NCBI GenBank assembly: GCA_977017645.1
Contig: OZ360225.1
Span: forward strand, 94,984,001-95,048,000
Origin: Torpedo marmorata
Lineage: Eukaryota
Direction of reading: 5' to 3'
Length of the DNA stretch: 64,000 nt
The position numbers were made by a program, and so were the translations under genes. Below are positions 37,186 through 50,273 of this stretch, in pieces. The notes below the pieces were generated by a model. That model was not told the DNA's origin, did not search any database, and saw only the letters and a program-made list of their open reading frames with translations. Within the stretch, counting starts at the first letter, position 1. Every line of letters begins with the position of its first letter.

Positions 37186-37797
37186 TGTAAGAGCTGTAGG
37201 CTCAATAACTTACCTTAATCGCGGTGCTCCGATGCCTCGATGGGTTATGGAGAAGTTGCGATGTTTGTGGGCTGTCTTCGGCCTGTTTGATGCTCTGCGC
37301 ATGCGCTGGAGTGCCGACGGGCGCATGCGCAGTCTGGAGTTACGTCATTGTGCGCGGTGTAGTGTGGGAGATGTAGTATGCACAGTGGAGCGTGCGCAGT
37401 GGAATAGGAACATGGAGCATGCGCGAATCGGAGAGAATAGGATAAAGATGGCGACGTAGGAGGGTGAGTGAGATCGCCATATCTTTATTGACCGTTTCAT
37501 ACATCGTTTCATAGCGTTTCATAGATAGTTTCATTGAACTTTTAAACTAGTTTATTTGTGGTTTAAAGTAGTTTATTGAACATCTAATACAGTCAAAAGG
37601 AATCATTTAAAGGAACTCATACATCATTTTCAAGAACTGTTTATTTTTATGTCATTGAAGATTACTGCAAGTCACATGTGTAAATAAAGTTTTTGAACAT
37701 ATTGGACTTTGTTGGTAAATTAATTGAAACGCGTCAAAGACAAGTATCTCACTTAGCCTCCAGGTGACTATGGTTGGATAGAAGTCACCATATTATA
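37186..37797 (+). repeat. 3' LTR of the BEL element
   Basis: Direct repeat of 31887-32498, followed by TSD CTGAC. Confidence 0.95.
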
Positions 37798-38182
37798 CTG
37801 ACTTTGGTCTATCTTGTCATGCACCTCCAGGTACTCTATAACCTCATCCTTGACAATCGACTCTAACAACTTCCCCACCACTGATGTCAGGCTAACAGAT
37901 CTATAATTTCCTTTCTGCTGCCTCCCTCCCTTTTTAAATAGTGGAGTGACCTTTGCAATTTTCCAATCCTCCGGTACGATGCCAGAATATATTGCTTATG
38001 GTAAGATCATTACTCATGCCTCCACAAGCTCTCCAGCTACTTCTTTCAGAACCCAAGGGTGCATTCCATCTGGTCGGGGAGACTTATCTACCCTTATTCC
38101 TTTCAGCTTCCCAAGCACCTTCTCTGTGGTGATCGTGACTGCACTCACCTCTCTTCCCTGACACCCTTGAAAGTTCGGTTTA

Positions 38183-38756
38183 CAGGTACTCCTCTACTTA
38201 CGATGAAGTTGCGTTCCGACAAACCCATCGTAAGTCGAAAAAGAAAAAGAATGCAGGTATACTGTTTGACCAGCTGAGCTTCTCCAGCATTTTGTGTTTT
38301 TACTTCAACCACGGTGTCTACAGATTTTCGTGATTTACTAAAGAATACAGGTATACCTTGTATAACACCAACAGCGCTGTATCAGTCCCCACACTGATCC
38401 CACTGCCCTGCTCTCTCCCCACAGCCCTGTATCAGTCACACACTGATCCCATTGCCCAGCTCTCCCCCGACAGCGCCGTATCAGTCCCCACACTGATCCC
38501 ACTTCCCTGCTCTCTCCCCACAGCGTTGTATCAGTCCCTGCAAGCTTTCCGACTGAACTAAAAGAAGCGATTGACCAAGGAGGCTACAAAGAATTCACCT
38601 AAGAGAAATTATCCATGTTTATTGTAAAAATCAACGATGCTTGCAATTACCTTACTTTAACATATTACATGAACGTAAATAACGACAGTCACGCTATTGT
38701 ACCATTGTAACTTCGAAAAATCGTAAGTCGAACCATCGTAAGTAGAAGAGCATCTG
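38183..38756. mobile_element. Tigger/pogo-type MITE with an internal ~50-bp tandem repeat
   Basis: TA|caggtactcctctacttacgatg ... catcgtaagtagaagagcatctg|TA; the repeat acagcgctgtatcagtccccacactgatccc spans 38370-38539. Confidence 0.85.
38263..38339 (+). mobile_element. Short Penelope-like pLTR 3' fragment nested in the MITE
   Basis: Reverse complement of 48295-48372; 17-bp TSD aaagaat(g/a)caggtatac at 38246-38262 and 38340-38356. Confidence 0.7.
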
Positions 38757-39896
38757 TACTGCTAATGTCTTCCACAGTGAAGACTGCTGCAAAATACTCA
38801 TTCAGTTCCTCTGCCATCTCCTTGTCTCCCATTACAATTTCTCCAGCGTCATTTTTTATCGGTCCTATGTCTACTCTTGCCTCTTTTTTTACTCTTAATT
38901 TACTTATAAAATGTTTTTAGTATCCTTTTTTCATATAATTTGCCAGCCTCCTTTCAAAATTTCTCTTTTTCTTCCAAAAAGCCTTCTCAATTCCCTTCTG
39001 TACGCTTTTAAAAGCTTCCCAGCCTTCTATCTTCCCACTAATTTTTGGTTCCTTGTTAGCCCTTTCTTTTGCTTTTACTTTGGCTTTGACTTCGCTTATC
39101 AGCCACAGTTGAATCATTTTTACATTCAAATATTTCTTCTTTTTTGGAATATACCTGTTATGCACCTTCCTTATTTCTCGCAGAAACTCCAGCCATTGCT
39201 GCTCTGATGTCCTTTCTGCTGGAGTGCCTTTCCAATGAACTTTTGTCAGTTCCTCTCTCATACATCTGTCATCTCCTTTATTCCACTGGTAAACTGACAC
39301 CTCTGGTTTTAATTTCTTTCTCTCAAACTGCAGGCGAATTCTATCATATTATGATCACTACCTCGTAAGGGTTCCCTTACCTTCAGCTCCCTTATCAACT
39401 CTGGTTCATTACACAACACCCAATCGAGAATTACCATTTTCCTGGTCGGCTCAGCCCCAAGCTGTTCTAAGAAGCCATGCTGAAGGCATTTAATAAATTC
39501 CTTCTCTTGGGATCCAGTACTAACCTAGTTTTCCCAATCAACCTGCATATTGAAATCCCCATAACTATTGTAACATTGCCCTTTTTGCATGCCTTCTTTT
39601 TTTTTTAAATTGAAATTGAAATTGAAGCTCCACATCAAAAAATACAGAGTACATAAGAATGCATAATAAAAGTCAAAAAATAGTACATTACACTTAGATC
39701 ATACCAATTCATCCAAGGTACCCCACATTCTCTTTTTTATATTTATTTATTTATTTTATTTTATTTTTTTAATTAAGAAAAGAAGAAAAGAGAAAAAAGA
39801 AAAAGAAAAAGACCCTCCCCCTCCCCCAAAGATAAAAGAAAAAAGAAAAGAAGGGGTAATTCTCCCATATGATGTGACAAAATCATCTGTTTTAAT

Positions 39897-40977
39897 CATC
39901 TCCTCCACAATCTCCACCAGTACTGGAGCACCACAGGGCTGTGTTCTTAGCCCCCTGCTCTACTCACTTTACACCTACGACTGTGTAGCTCGGTACGACA
40001 ATAACACCATCTACAAATTTGCCGACAATACCACGGTAGTAGGTTGTATAAAGGAAGGGGATGAGTCAGCATACAGGATGGAGATTGAAAACCTGGCTGA
40101 ATGGTGCACCAAAAACTACCTTGCACCAATGTCACCAAAACTAAGGAGCTGATTGTTGACTTCAGGAAAGGAAAGCCAGAGGTATACAATCCAGTAATCA
40201 TTGGGGGATCAGAGGTGGAGAGGGTGAGCAAATTTAGGTTCTTGGGAGTCACTATCTCGGAGGATCTTTCCTGGACCCAACACACCAATGGCATCGTGAA
40301 GAAAGCACGTCAGTGCCTCTACTTCCTCAGGAGCTTGCAGAGGTTTGGTATGTCATCAGAAACCCTGGCAAATTTCTACAGATGTGTGGTAGAAAGTGTG
40401 CTGACCGGCTGCATCACGGTCTGGTATGAGAACACCAATACCCCTGAGCGTAAAGCCTTCCAAAAGGTAGTGGACGCAGCCCAGGACATTACTGGCAAAA
40501 CCCTCCCCACTATTGAGTACATCTACAGGGAACGCTGCGTCGGAGGGCAGCAGCAATCATCAAAGACCCACACCACCAGCGCATGCTCTGTTCTCGCTGC
40601 TGCCATCAGAGGAGAGGAATAGGTGCCACAAGACTAGCACCACCAGGTTTAGGAACAGCTGCTACCCCTCTACCATCAGAATCCTCAGCGACAAAGTCAA
40701 ATCAGAGACTCATTTAAGGACTTTTACTCGTGCACTTTATTGATTTTTCTTTGCTCTCTCTGTATTGCACAGTCAGTTTCATTTTCAGTTTCATTCGTTA
40801 CCTGTTAGCAGTTCTTTTGATTGTTTACATGTTTACGCTGTGTTCAGTTTACTTTTTGCACTACCAATTAGTGGTAATTCTGCTGCGCCCGCAGGACAAA
40901 AGAATCTTAGGGTTGTATGTGACGTCATGTATGTACTCTGACAATAAATCTGAAATCTGAATCTGAAATCTGAATCT
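39897..40977 (+). mobile_element. 5'-truncated Rex1-type LINE (third subfamily) with (AATCTG)n tail, inserted in the L1 3' UTR
   Basis: [10 protein letters not shown] and YKFADNTT; ends in ctgacaataaatctgaaatctgaatctg; possible TSD atctgtttt. Confidence 0.9.
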
Positions 40978-43890
40978 GTTTTCCAAAAGCATTAATTACA
41001 TATAGATGAAACATTACGTGATTCATCTAGAGCTCACTTCCTCCCTTAAGTGATAAATGTCTTGACATAGACATCACTAGGGATACTGAAGGTAATGGTA
41101 TTGGAGACTGGAGGGGGGAATCATCAAAGGTTAACCCCCGTATATCTTAAATACGGATTCCATATTCTTAAAAATATATTGTAATAATTTCTGAGATTGT
41201 AAGTAATCTTCTCCAGGGGAACATAACTGTGCATTTCTGACTTCCATCGGGTCAGACTCAGTTGGGAATCAGATTTCCAAGTAATAGCTATGCATTTCCT
41301 GGCCACCGCTAAAGCGAGTTGAACAAATTTCAATTGATATTTCGACAGCCTCATTTTAGGTCTTATATCTGCTAATTTCCCCAATAAAAACAATTCCTGC
41401 ATCTGAGGGTATCGAATTCCAGTAATTTGCTTCAGGAAATTCCCCAAATCTTCCCAAAAGGATCTCACCTTAGGACATGACCAGGTAGAATGCAAAAAAG
41501 TCCCTATATCTTGACCGCATCGAAAACATATATTGGATAATTCAGGTTTCAATTTATTTAATTTTTGCGGAGCAAGGTACAGCTGATGCAAAAATTTATA
41601 TTGCACCAGCCTATACCTTACATTAATTGTATTGCTCATGCTGTCCCGACACAGGTCAGACCAGCAAAATGGATCAATTTCTATACCCAAATCTGATTCC
41701 CATCTCTCTCTTGACTTATCTAGCCCTTGTTTAGGGGCTTCCGCCTTAAGTAAGAGATACATTTTTGAGATCAATTTCTTTGTGATACCCTTTCGAACCA
41801 GAGTCTCTAATTCAGTACATTGCGGTAAGGTCGGTGCTGGACCTAATTTATCCCTTAAATAAGATCTTAACTGAAGATAGCAGAAAAAGGATGTATTTAA
41901 AACTCCAAATTTATACCTGATTTGTTCAAATGTCATAAATTGCCCCTGCTCAAAACAATCTTCGATACATTTGATCCCACTCTGAGACCAAGTTTCTAGA
42001 ATTTTATTTTCAATTGTTAACGGAATTAATTTATTTTGAGCTAGGGGTGTTTTAGGTGAGAGGCCCCCCCGAACACCAATTTGACCATTGAGTTTATTCC
42101 AAATTGTAATAATATGTTTTAGTAAGGGGGCTTCCTTAGGACCTGATAGTAATTTAGAATTCCATTTATATATAAAAATTTCTGCTATCTTCTCACCAAC
42201 CTTATACAGTTCCAATTTTACCCAAGAAGACTTGTCTCCTCTGTCTAAGAGGGAGGTGACGAACTTCATTTGGGTTGCCCAATAATATTTTTTGAATTCT
42301 GGGAGCTTTAATCCTCCCAGTTCATAATTCCAGGTTAATTTATCGATAGAGACTCTGGGAAACTTACCCTTCCACAGAAACTTCCTAATATATTTATCTA
42401 AATTCTGAAAGAATCATTGTGGTACTAAAACAGGTAGGTTTTGGAAAATATATTGTAATTTAGGCAATATATTCATTTTAATACAATTGACCCTTCCAAT
42501 CAAAGTAATTGGAAGAGTTATCCATTTATTTAAATCATCCTCAATTTTCCGAAGCAAGGGAAGATAATTCAACTTATATAAATTCTGTATGTTATTATCT
42601 TATGTTATTATCTATCTTGATACCTAAATATTTTATCCCATTAAGCGGCCACTTAAATTGAGAATCTCTTTTAACATGATCATAATTCCCACCCGTAAGT
42701 GGCATAACTTCGCTTTTATCCCAATTAACTTTATAGCCCGAGAAAGTCCCGAAAAATTCCAATTTAGACTGCAATTTTTGTAATAAACTCGTTGGGTCTG
42801 TCAGATATATCAGAACATCGTCAGCAAATAAATTGATTTTATGTTCTTCCTGGTTAACCCTGAAGCCTTTTATTGATGGGTCTTGGCGGATAGATTCCAC
42901 TATCGGTTCGATAGCCAGAACGAAAAGGGCTGGAGATAATGGACAACCTTGTCTACTGGATCTAGACAATGGGAGCACCGATGAGATTTGGCCATTAGTG
43001 ATTACTTTCGTTTTAGGCTCATAGTATAGAGCTTTAACCCAATTAATAAATACCGCTCCTAGTCCAAATTTTCCCAAAACTTTAAATAAATAGTCCCATT
43101 CCAGTCTGTCGAAAGCTTTCTCCGCATCCAGGGCCAGAGCGACACACAATTCATCTCCTGTTTGTGCCAAATGAATAATACTGAGCAGTCTGCTAACCTT
43201 GTCCACAGACTGCCTCTTCTGTACGAAACCCATCTGATCTACATATATTAGTTTAGGCAAATATATTGCCAATCTATTTGCCAGAGCTTTAGCAATGATC
43301 TTATAATCCATATTCAATAATGATATAGGCCTATAAGATGACGGTTTCAATGGGTCCCTATATTTTTTGGGAATCACTGTAATAATTGCTGTCGAGAAGG
43401 ACTCCGGGAGAGATGCCACTGCTTGATCTAGTACCTCCATAAATAGAGGTATCAGTAAATCTTTAAATTCTTTATAAAATCCAGGTGGGAACCCGTCTTC
43501 TCCCGGGGATTTATTAACTTGCAAGGATAACAATGCTTCCCCTATCTCAACTTGATTAAAGGGAGCGTTTAAAACCCCCTGTTCTTCTAAATTCAAATTT
43601 GGAAGGTCCAATTGTGAAAGGAAACGCTCTATTTTATTCAAATCCCCCTCTGATTGGGATTCATATAAATTCATATAAAATTGTTTAAAAGCTTCATTTA
43701 TGTCCTTTGGTTTATAGGAGATCCTGCCCGTGTTTGACTTAATTGCATTTATCGTTCTTGAGACTTTCTCTGATTTCAACTGCCAGGAGAGGACCTTGTG
43801 GGCTCTTTTCCCTGGATCATAGTACATTTGCTTAGACTTTGTTATCATTTTTTCCATTCTATACATATTTATTGTATTGTACTTGAGCTT

Positions 43891-45422
43891 TTTTTTTATT
43901 ATTTTATTTAAAAATTTTAAATCACAGAATACATAAAGTAAAATATGAAATTATCAAAATATTTGTGATACATTTTCACCCCCCTCCCACCCTCCCCTCC
44001 CCAACCCTCCCAACCCCACTAATCTAATAAAAATAAAATAAAATAAAATAAAATAAAGTAAAAAATAAGAAAGGAAAAAAAAAAGAAAAAAAAGAAAAAA
44101 AAAAGATAGGGTAAGGAGAATGCCAATCTAAAAAACATACATCTATAAACTAATTCTATTGTGGAGGTCAGATATGCCAGTAGATCCGATACCCAGAGAT
44201 CTTCAAATCCTTAAACCAACAACTTTCATATATGGGCTTCAAATTTTTAAGAAAAAATGATATTTATTACGTAAATTATAGGTAATTTTTTCAAGTGGTA
44301 TACACGAACGAAGTTCTGCATGCCATCTTTCTAATCCTACATCTAAATCTGATTTCCAAGTAATAGCAATACATTTCTTTGAAACAGCTAAAGCAATTCG
44401 CAAAAATTCTATTTGATACATGTTTAATTTCATCTTAATACTAAATTTTCTAATATCTCTGAACAAAAATATCATAGGATCCATTGGAAATGTAATCTTA
44501 AATACTTTATCTAAAAAAATTTTAACTTTCAACCAAAAATCATAAACTTTTGGACAAAGCCATGTAGAATGTACAAAAGAACCTTCTTCTTTATTACATC
44601 TAAAACATAAACCTGATAATGTCAGATTAAATTTCTTTAGTTTTTTAGGTGTTAAATATAATTGATGAAAAAAATTGTATTGTACTAATCTATACCTAAC
44701 ATTAATAATCTTCGTCATACTTAATTTACATAATTCTTTCCAATGATTTTCATCTATTCTTACATTCAAATCTAATTCCCATTTTAATCTTGATTTATGA
44801 ATTCCTACTTTAGAAGTTTTCCTCTGAAACAATTTATACATTTGAGAAATAAATTTATTTACATCTCCTTTAGTAACTAATAATTCTAATTCATTCTGTC
44901 TTGGTAAAATCAAACTATAACCTAATTTCTCAATCAAAAATGCTCTAATTTGATAATAAGCAAAAAGTGTATTATCTAGTATATTAAATTTATCCTTCAT
45001 TCTTTGAAAAGTAATAAATTTTCCAGCTTCAAAACAGTCATTAATTTTTTTAATTCCTTTTTGAAACAAATTTTAAATAATTGATTATTAATAGTAATGG
45101 AATAAGTCCATTTTGATATAAAGGCATCCTTGGAGAAATCATTCCTCTTCCTCCTATTTCCTTATCCGTCTTATTCCATATTTCTAACAAATGTTTAAAG
45201 ATAGGAGAATTTTTCCTTCTTGTTGATATTAATTTAGAATCCCATTTATAAATAACTTCTTCTTTGGAATCTTCTTCTATATTATTTAATTCTATTTTAA
45301 TCCAAGCAGAAGATTTAGTTGGATCAAAAAGTTCATTAACAAATTTTAATTGAGCAGCTTTATAATAATTTTGGAAATTAGGAAGTTGTAAACCACCCAT
45401 TTCAAAATTCCAAGTTAATTTG
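43891..45422 (-). mobile_element. 5'-truncated L1 nested in ORF2 of the older L1
   Basis: 14-bp TSD TTGTACTTGAGCTT at 43877-43890 and 45423-45436; poly(A) tail; ORF 44239..45069 is homologous to the L1 at 4765. Confidence 0.95.
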
Positions 45423-48296
45423 TTGTACTTGAGCTTCTTACTAATTAGTCTTCTATGTTTTTCCACAGAGCCTCTTTGTTGAAGGTACTTTTCTAAAATT
45501 GTTATCTCCTTTTCCAATACGTCCACCTCCCTCGTATATTCTTTTTTAATCCTAGAAGCATAACTAATAATTTGGCCCCTTAAATATGCCTTTAACATGT
45601 CCCAAAGTAAAAATTTGTCCGCAGTTGAGTCAGCGTTAGTCTCACAAAACATGTTAATTTGATTCCGAATAAAATTACAAAAATCCGGCCTTTTCAACAG
45701 CAAAGTATTAAAACGCCATCTATGAACCGTCACTTGCTTATCTGGCATATCAATGGTCAATACAAGAGGTGAATGGTCTGATAAAAGTCTCGCTTTATAT
45801 TCGGTTCCTATGATCCTAATCTGTAATTGAGCTGAAGTCAAAAATAAATCTAACCTTGAGTAGGAGTCATATTGTCACGAATAGAAGGAATAATCCCTCT
45901 CCCCCGGATGAAGCCTCCTCCAGATGTCCATTAAATTCAGCTCCCCTATTGACCCTAGTACAGCATTAGCTGCTTATTTCTTTTATCTTTTCCCCCTGAT
46001 CTATCTAGAACCGGATCCAAACAACAGTTAAAGTCTCCGCCCGCCAGAATATTTTCATGGGAGTCAGCCAATCTTAAAAAGTTGTCTCTAATAAACTTAT
46101 CGTCATCTGTATTGGGCGCATATAGGTTCATCAGGGTCCAGGATTCCGAATATATCTGACAGTGCACCAGAACGTACCTACATGCTGGATCCGTAGTTAC
46201 GTCTTGCAGTCCAAATGGGAGATTCTTCCCTATTAATATTGCCACTCCCCTTGCTTTTGAGTTAAAAGAGGATGAAATGACCTGGCCAACCCACCCTCTC
46301 TTTAATTTCAGATGTTCAGATTCCATTAGGAAGGCCAGGTCAGCACCTAACTTCTTGATATGAGTCAATACCTTTTTCCTTTTAATAGGTCCATTAAGAC
46401 CATTAACATTAAAGCTAATACATTTAATTGCCTTATTCATACCTCACAGTTCATTATTATATTATTGAATCCCCCCTCCTGCCTCCACCCCCAGCGCTCC
46501 AGGCCCACAATCCTTCAGAACTATCCCTCTGAGAGCATAGAACTCTAAGTACAATCACAAGTGAAGAGTGGAAAATAGTTGGTTATATAAATATTAAAAA
46601 GGAGTAAAAGAACACCGAAGAAAAAATAAAAAGACCTGCCGAAAGAAGGTAGGAAAAGAACCCCAATGTACGGGTGGAACAAAGTGTCCCATTGGCATGA
46701 CACCAGAGAAGGAACACTCATCCCCACTTCCAGCAAACCGAGCAAAAAAGAATCTTAATTAACTCTAAATAATTATTTACCTAAAAAGACAGTCAACAAT
46801 AAGAGAAAGTCACTAATAATCACACTATATACAATTCATTATACCAACCTTATGTATTCCAAACTATAATTCACCAATACCTCATTTAATTAGTCCTTAA
46901 TCTATATTGACAAAATATTTACAAGAACTCTCAAATATTTTCAAAATATGTTCCAGTTGTACATCAGATGCCTCATTTAATTGTCCATTAATTTGTACCG
47001 GTAAGCTATTTACAAATTCTGTGGCCTTCGCCACATCTGTAAAGAATTTTTTTTGACCTTCTGGCAAAAATATTTTTAGATTTGCTGGGTGTTTCAACAC
47101 AAAACCATATCCCTTTGTTCTTAAGGCATCTTTAACCGGGTTACATTTTTTCCTCCTTTCTAAAAGGGCAGCGCTAATATAGGGGGAAAAAATATTTTAT
47201 GACCGTCCACTGTAAGTGGACCTCTCCTTTCCCTAGCCCCTTGCGCTGCCAATCTTAGGACTTGTTCTCTATCAGGATATCTCAAAAATTTAACTAAAAT
47301 AGAACGAGGGCGGTTTTATACACCATGGCGCGCCCCTAGTGTCCGATGAGCACGATCTATTAATAATTTACTGGGGAAATTATTCTTCCCCAGTTTCTCC
47401 GTGATCCATTCCTCCAAAAACGACGTAATATCTTGTCCTTCAAGACCTTCAGGCAAACCAACAATTTTAATATTGTTACGACGGCTAAAGTTCTCCAGCA
47501 CATCCAGCGTCTGCCACATCTGCTCTCTCTCTTTCTCCCAGGCTTTAACCCCAACCTCAGTTTTTTTTAATCTCGTATCCAGCTCCTCTACTTTATCCTC
47601 TGTGTCTCTTAAACATTGGCTCACTTCCAACAGAGCATTTTGGAATACATTCATTCGTTCTTGAATATCCTTAAGTTTATTTAGCTTAGTGTTTATCTGT
47701 CTATTACTCTCCATTATCATCTTGACCACGTCATTCAGCGTATAATCCTGGGACTGTACCTTCCCTTTCCTGGTATTTCTCCTTCTCTCCCTGATTTCTG
47801 TTGCTCCCATTCCACTCTCTTCATCCTCCTCAGAGAACTCACTATGAAACGGTCCTTGTTCTTCCTCCTCCTCGAGAAATCCAGTACCATGTTTTCCAGC
47901 CAACCCTGCAGCCTGCACGTTGACCTCTTTGAAAGTGTCAGTTCTGTTGGCTGTTTCACATGAGCGTCTCCCACGGACCTGAGAGAGGAGGGCACCAAGC
48001 TTTGCCTCCAGCAATTCAGTCCGTCCCAACATTGGGCCTTTCCCAAGTGTAGGAGCACCTTCTTCAGTGCCGGGTTGATCCTCTGCCCTGACCTCTTCCC
48101 CAGGCTGAGCCTGGGTTCCAGAGCAGGGTCGGCCCGAGAGTCTTCCGCCCCAGGCTAACATCAGGCTGGCAGTGGAGGGACTGAGCACTGTGATAAACAG
48201 CCATGAGACAGCACATCCTGATGACTTCCCAATCATTGTGGGAGACTTCAATCAGGCCAATCTGAAGAAGACACTGACAAACGACCACCAACACGT

Positions 48297-48525
48297 AAAT
48301 CATGAAAATCTGTAGACACCATGGTTGAAGTAAAAAACAAAATTGCTGGAGAAACTCAGCAGGTCAAACAGTGTATTTTATGTAGCAAAGGTAGAAATAC
48401 ATAACCGACGTTTTGGGCTTGAGCCCTTCATCAAAGCAGCCCGAAACGTCGGTTATGTATTTCTACCTTTGCTACATAACAGACACTGTTTGACCTGCAG
48501 AGTTTCTCCAGTATTTGTGTTTTTT
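48297..48525 (-). mobile_element. Palindromic Penelope-derived mini-element with a hammerhead ribozyme core
   Basis: Inverted arms of ~90 bp; TSD ac(g/t)accaccaacacgt at 48281-48296 and 48526-48541. Confidence 0.8.
48405..48435 (-). ncRNA. Minimal type I hammerhead ribozyme motif (variant)
   Basis: The minus strand reads TTGATGAA-GGGCTCAAGCCC-AAAACGTC; the opposite arm retains GCCCGAAACGTC. Confidence 0.6.
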
Positions 48526-50273
48526 ACTACCACCAACACGTCACATGCGAGACCAGGGGAACCATACACTCGACCACTGCTACACTACCATGAAGAACGC
48601 ATACCGAGCCATACCACGACAGCACTTCAGCAAGTCTGATCACCTGGCTGTACTTCTACTCCCGGCGTACAAGCAGAGACTGAAGACCACAGCACCAGTG
48701 GTGAGGACAGTGAAAGTATGGTCGAGGGAGGCGGACGAGCGTCTGCAGGACTGCATTGAATCAGTGGACTGGAACATATGCAAGAACTCATCCATAGACC
48801 TGAATGAATATGAAACAGATGTCACCGACTTCATCAAGACCTGCGTGGATGAGTGTGTGCCCACGCGCAAATACCAGATGTTCCCAACCAGAAGCCTTGA
48901 ATGAATAAGAGAATTCGCAACCTGCTGAGGGCGAGAACAAGGGCATTTAAGGCCGGGGACCGGGATCTTTACAAGAAGTCCAGTCACGACCTGCGGAAGG
49001 CCATCTCTGAAGCAAAGTGGCAATTCCGGAGGAAGCTAGAGACAGAGACAGATACACGCCAGCTATGGCAGGGAGTGCAGGCCATTACAGCCTACAAAGC
49101 GAGGGCAAACACTATAGACGGCTGTGATGCTTCACTACCCGATGAGCTGAACACCTTCTATGCCCGCTTTGAGAAGAAGGACCAATCAGTGCCTAGTAGA
49201 ATCCTTGAAAAGGCTGAGGACCCTGTGATATCTGTCTCTGAGGGCGACATCAGAACATCATTCAAGATGGTGAACCCTCGCAAGGCGTCAGGCCCTGACG
49301 GCATACCTGGAAGGGTACTGAAAATCTGTGCCAACCAAATAGCCGGAGTGTTCACGGACATTTTCAACCTCTCATTGCGGCAGTCAGAGGTTCCCACGTG
49401 CTTCAAAAGGGCATCAATCATCCCAGTACCCAAGAAGAGTAGTGTGAGCTGCCTCAATGACTACCGCCCAGTAGCACTACTTCTACTGTGATGAAATGCT
49501 TTGAGAGGCTGGTCATGGCCAGAATTAACACATACCTAAGCAAAGATCTGGACCCTCTGCAATTCGCCTATCGTCACAATCGCTCCACAGCAGATGCAAT
49601 ATCGCTGGCTCTCCACTCAGCTCTGGATCACCTCGAATACAACAATTCATACATACGGCTGCTCTTCATCGACTACAGCTCGGCCTTTAATACCATTATT
49701 CCCTCAGTGCTGGTCAAGAAGCTACAATCTCAAGGCCTCTGTACCCTACTCTGCAACTGGATCCTTGACTTTCTCATCGGAAGACCACAGTCAGTACGAA
49801 TTGGAAACAACGTCTCCTCCTCACTGATTATCAACACAGGTGCACCCCAAGGATGCGTGCTTAGTCCACTTCTCTACTCATTATGCACCCATGACTGTGT
49901 GGCCAGGCACAATTCCAATGCCATCTACAAGTTTGCCGATGACACCACAGTTGTAGGCAGAATCACAAACGGAAATGTGGAAGCGTACAGGAGGGACAAA
50001 GATCAGCTCGTTGAATGGTGTAACGACAACAACCTTGCGCTCAATGTCAGCAAAACCAAGGAGATGATTGTGGACTTCAAGAGGAAGTCAGGGGAACACG
50101 ACCCAGTCCTCATCGAGGGCTCAGTAGTGGAGAGGATCAAGAACTTCAAATTCCTGGGTGTCAACATCTCCGAGGATCTGTCCTGGAGCCTCCACGTTGA
50201 TGCAATCACAAAGAAGGCTAGCCAGCGGCTATACTTTGTGAGGAGTCCGAGGAGATTTGTTATGTCACCGAAG

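Larger units (their letters stand above)
31887..37797 (+). mobile_element. BEL/Pao LTR retrotransposon, non-autonomous (no RT, RNase H or integrase core), carrying a MIPOL1-like insert
   Basis: Two 612-bp LTRs, 5-bp TSD CTGAC (31882-31886 and 37798-37802), PPT, BEL Gag and protease, and an integrase C-terminal remnant. Confidence 0.95.
31340..39595 (-). mobile_element. CR1 LINE ORF2 fragment (host of the BEL element and a MITE)
   Basis: KFADDTKIG, DVVYLDFQKAFDKVPH, and an EN motif (GDFN) near 39555. The sequence is continuous across the BEL TSD (aggaaaccatgctgac|tttggtc). Confidence 0.85.
39596..48142 (-). mobile_element. Near full-length L1-clade LINE (ORF1 + ORF2), 5' end missing, with nested Rex and L1 insertions
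   Basis: ORF1 LENFSRRNNIKIVGLPEG...IDRAHR (47316..48142). ORF2 starts at 46440 (ISFNVNGL, GGDFN, SDH), with RT at 42595..43866 and C-terminus at 41124..42269; poly(T) at 39596. Confidence 0.9.

Noticed and set aside
47316-48251. 311-aa ORF as a complete L1 ORF1
   Set aside because: The first ~36 aa are antisense Rex sequence beyond the junction at 48142; the true ORF1 start is missing.
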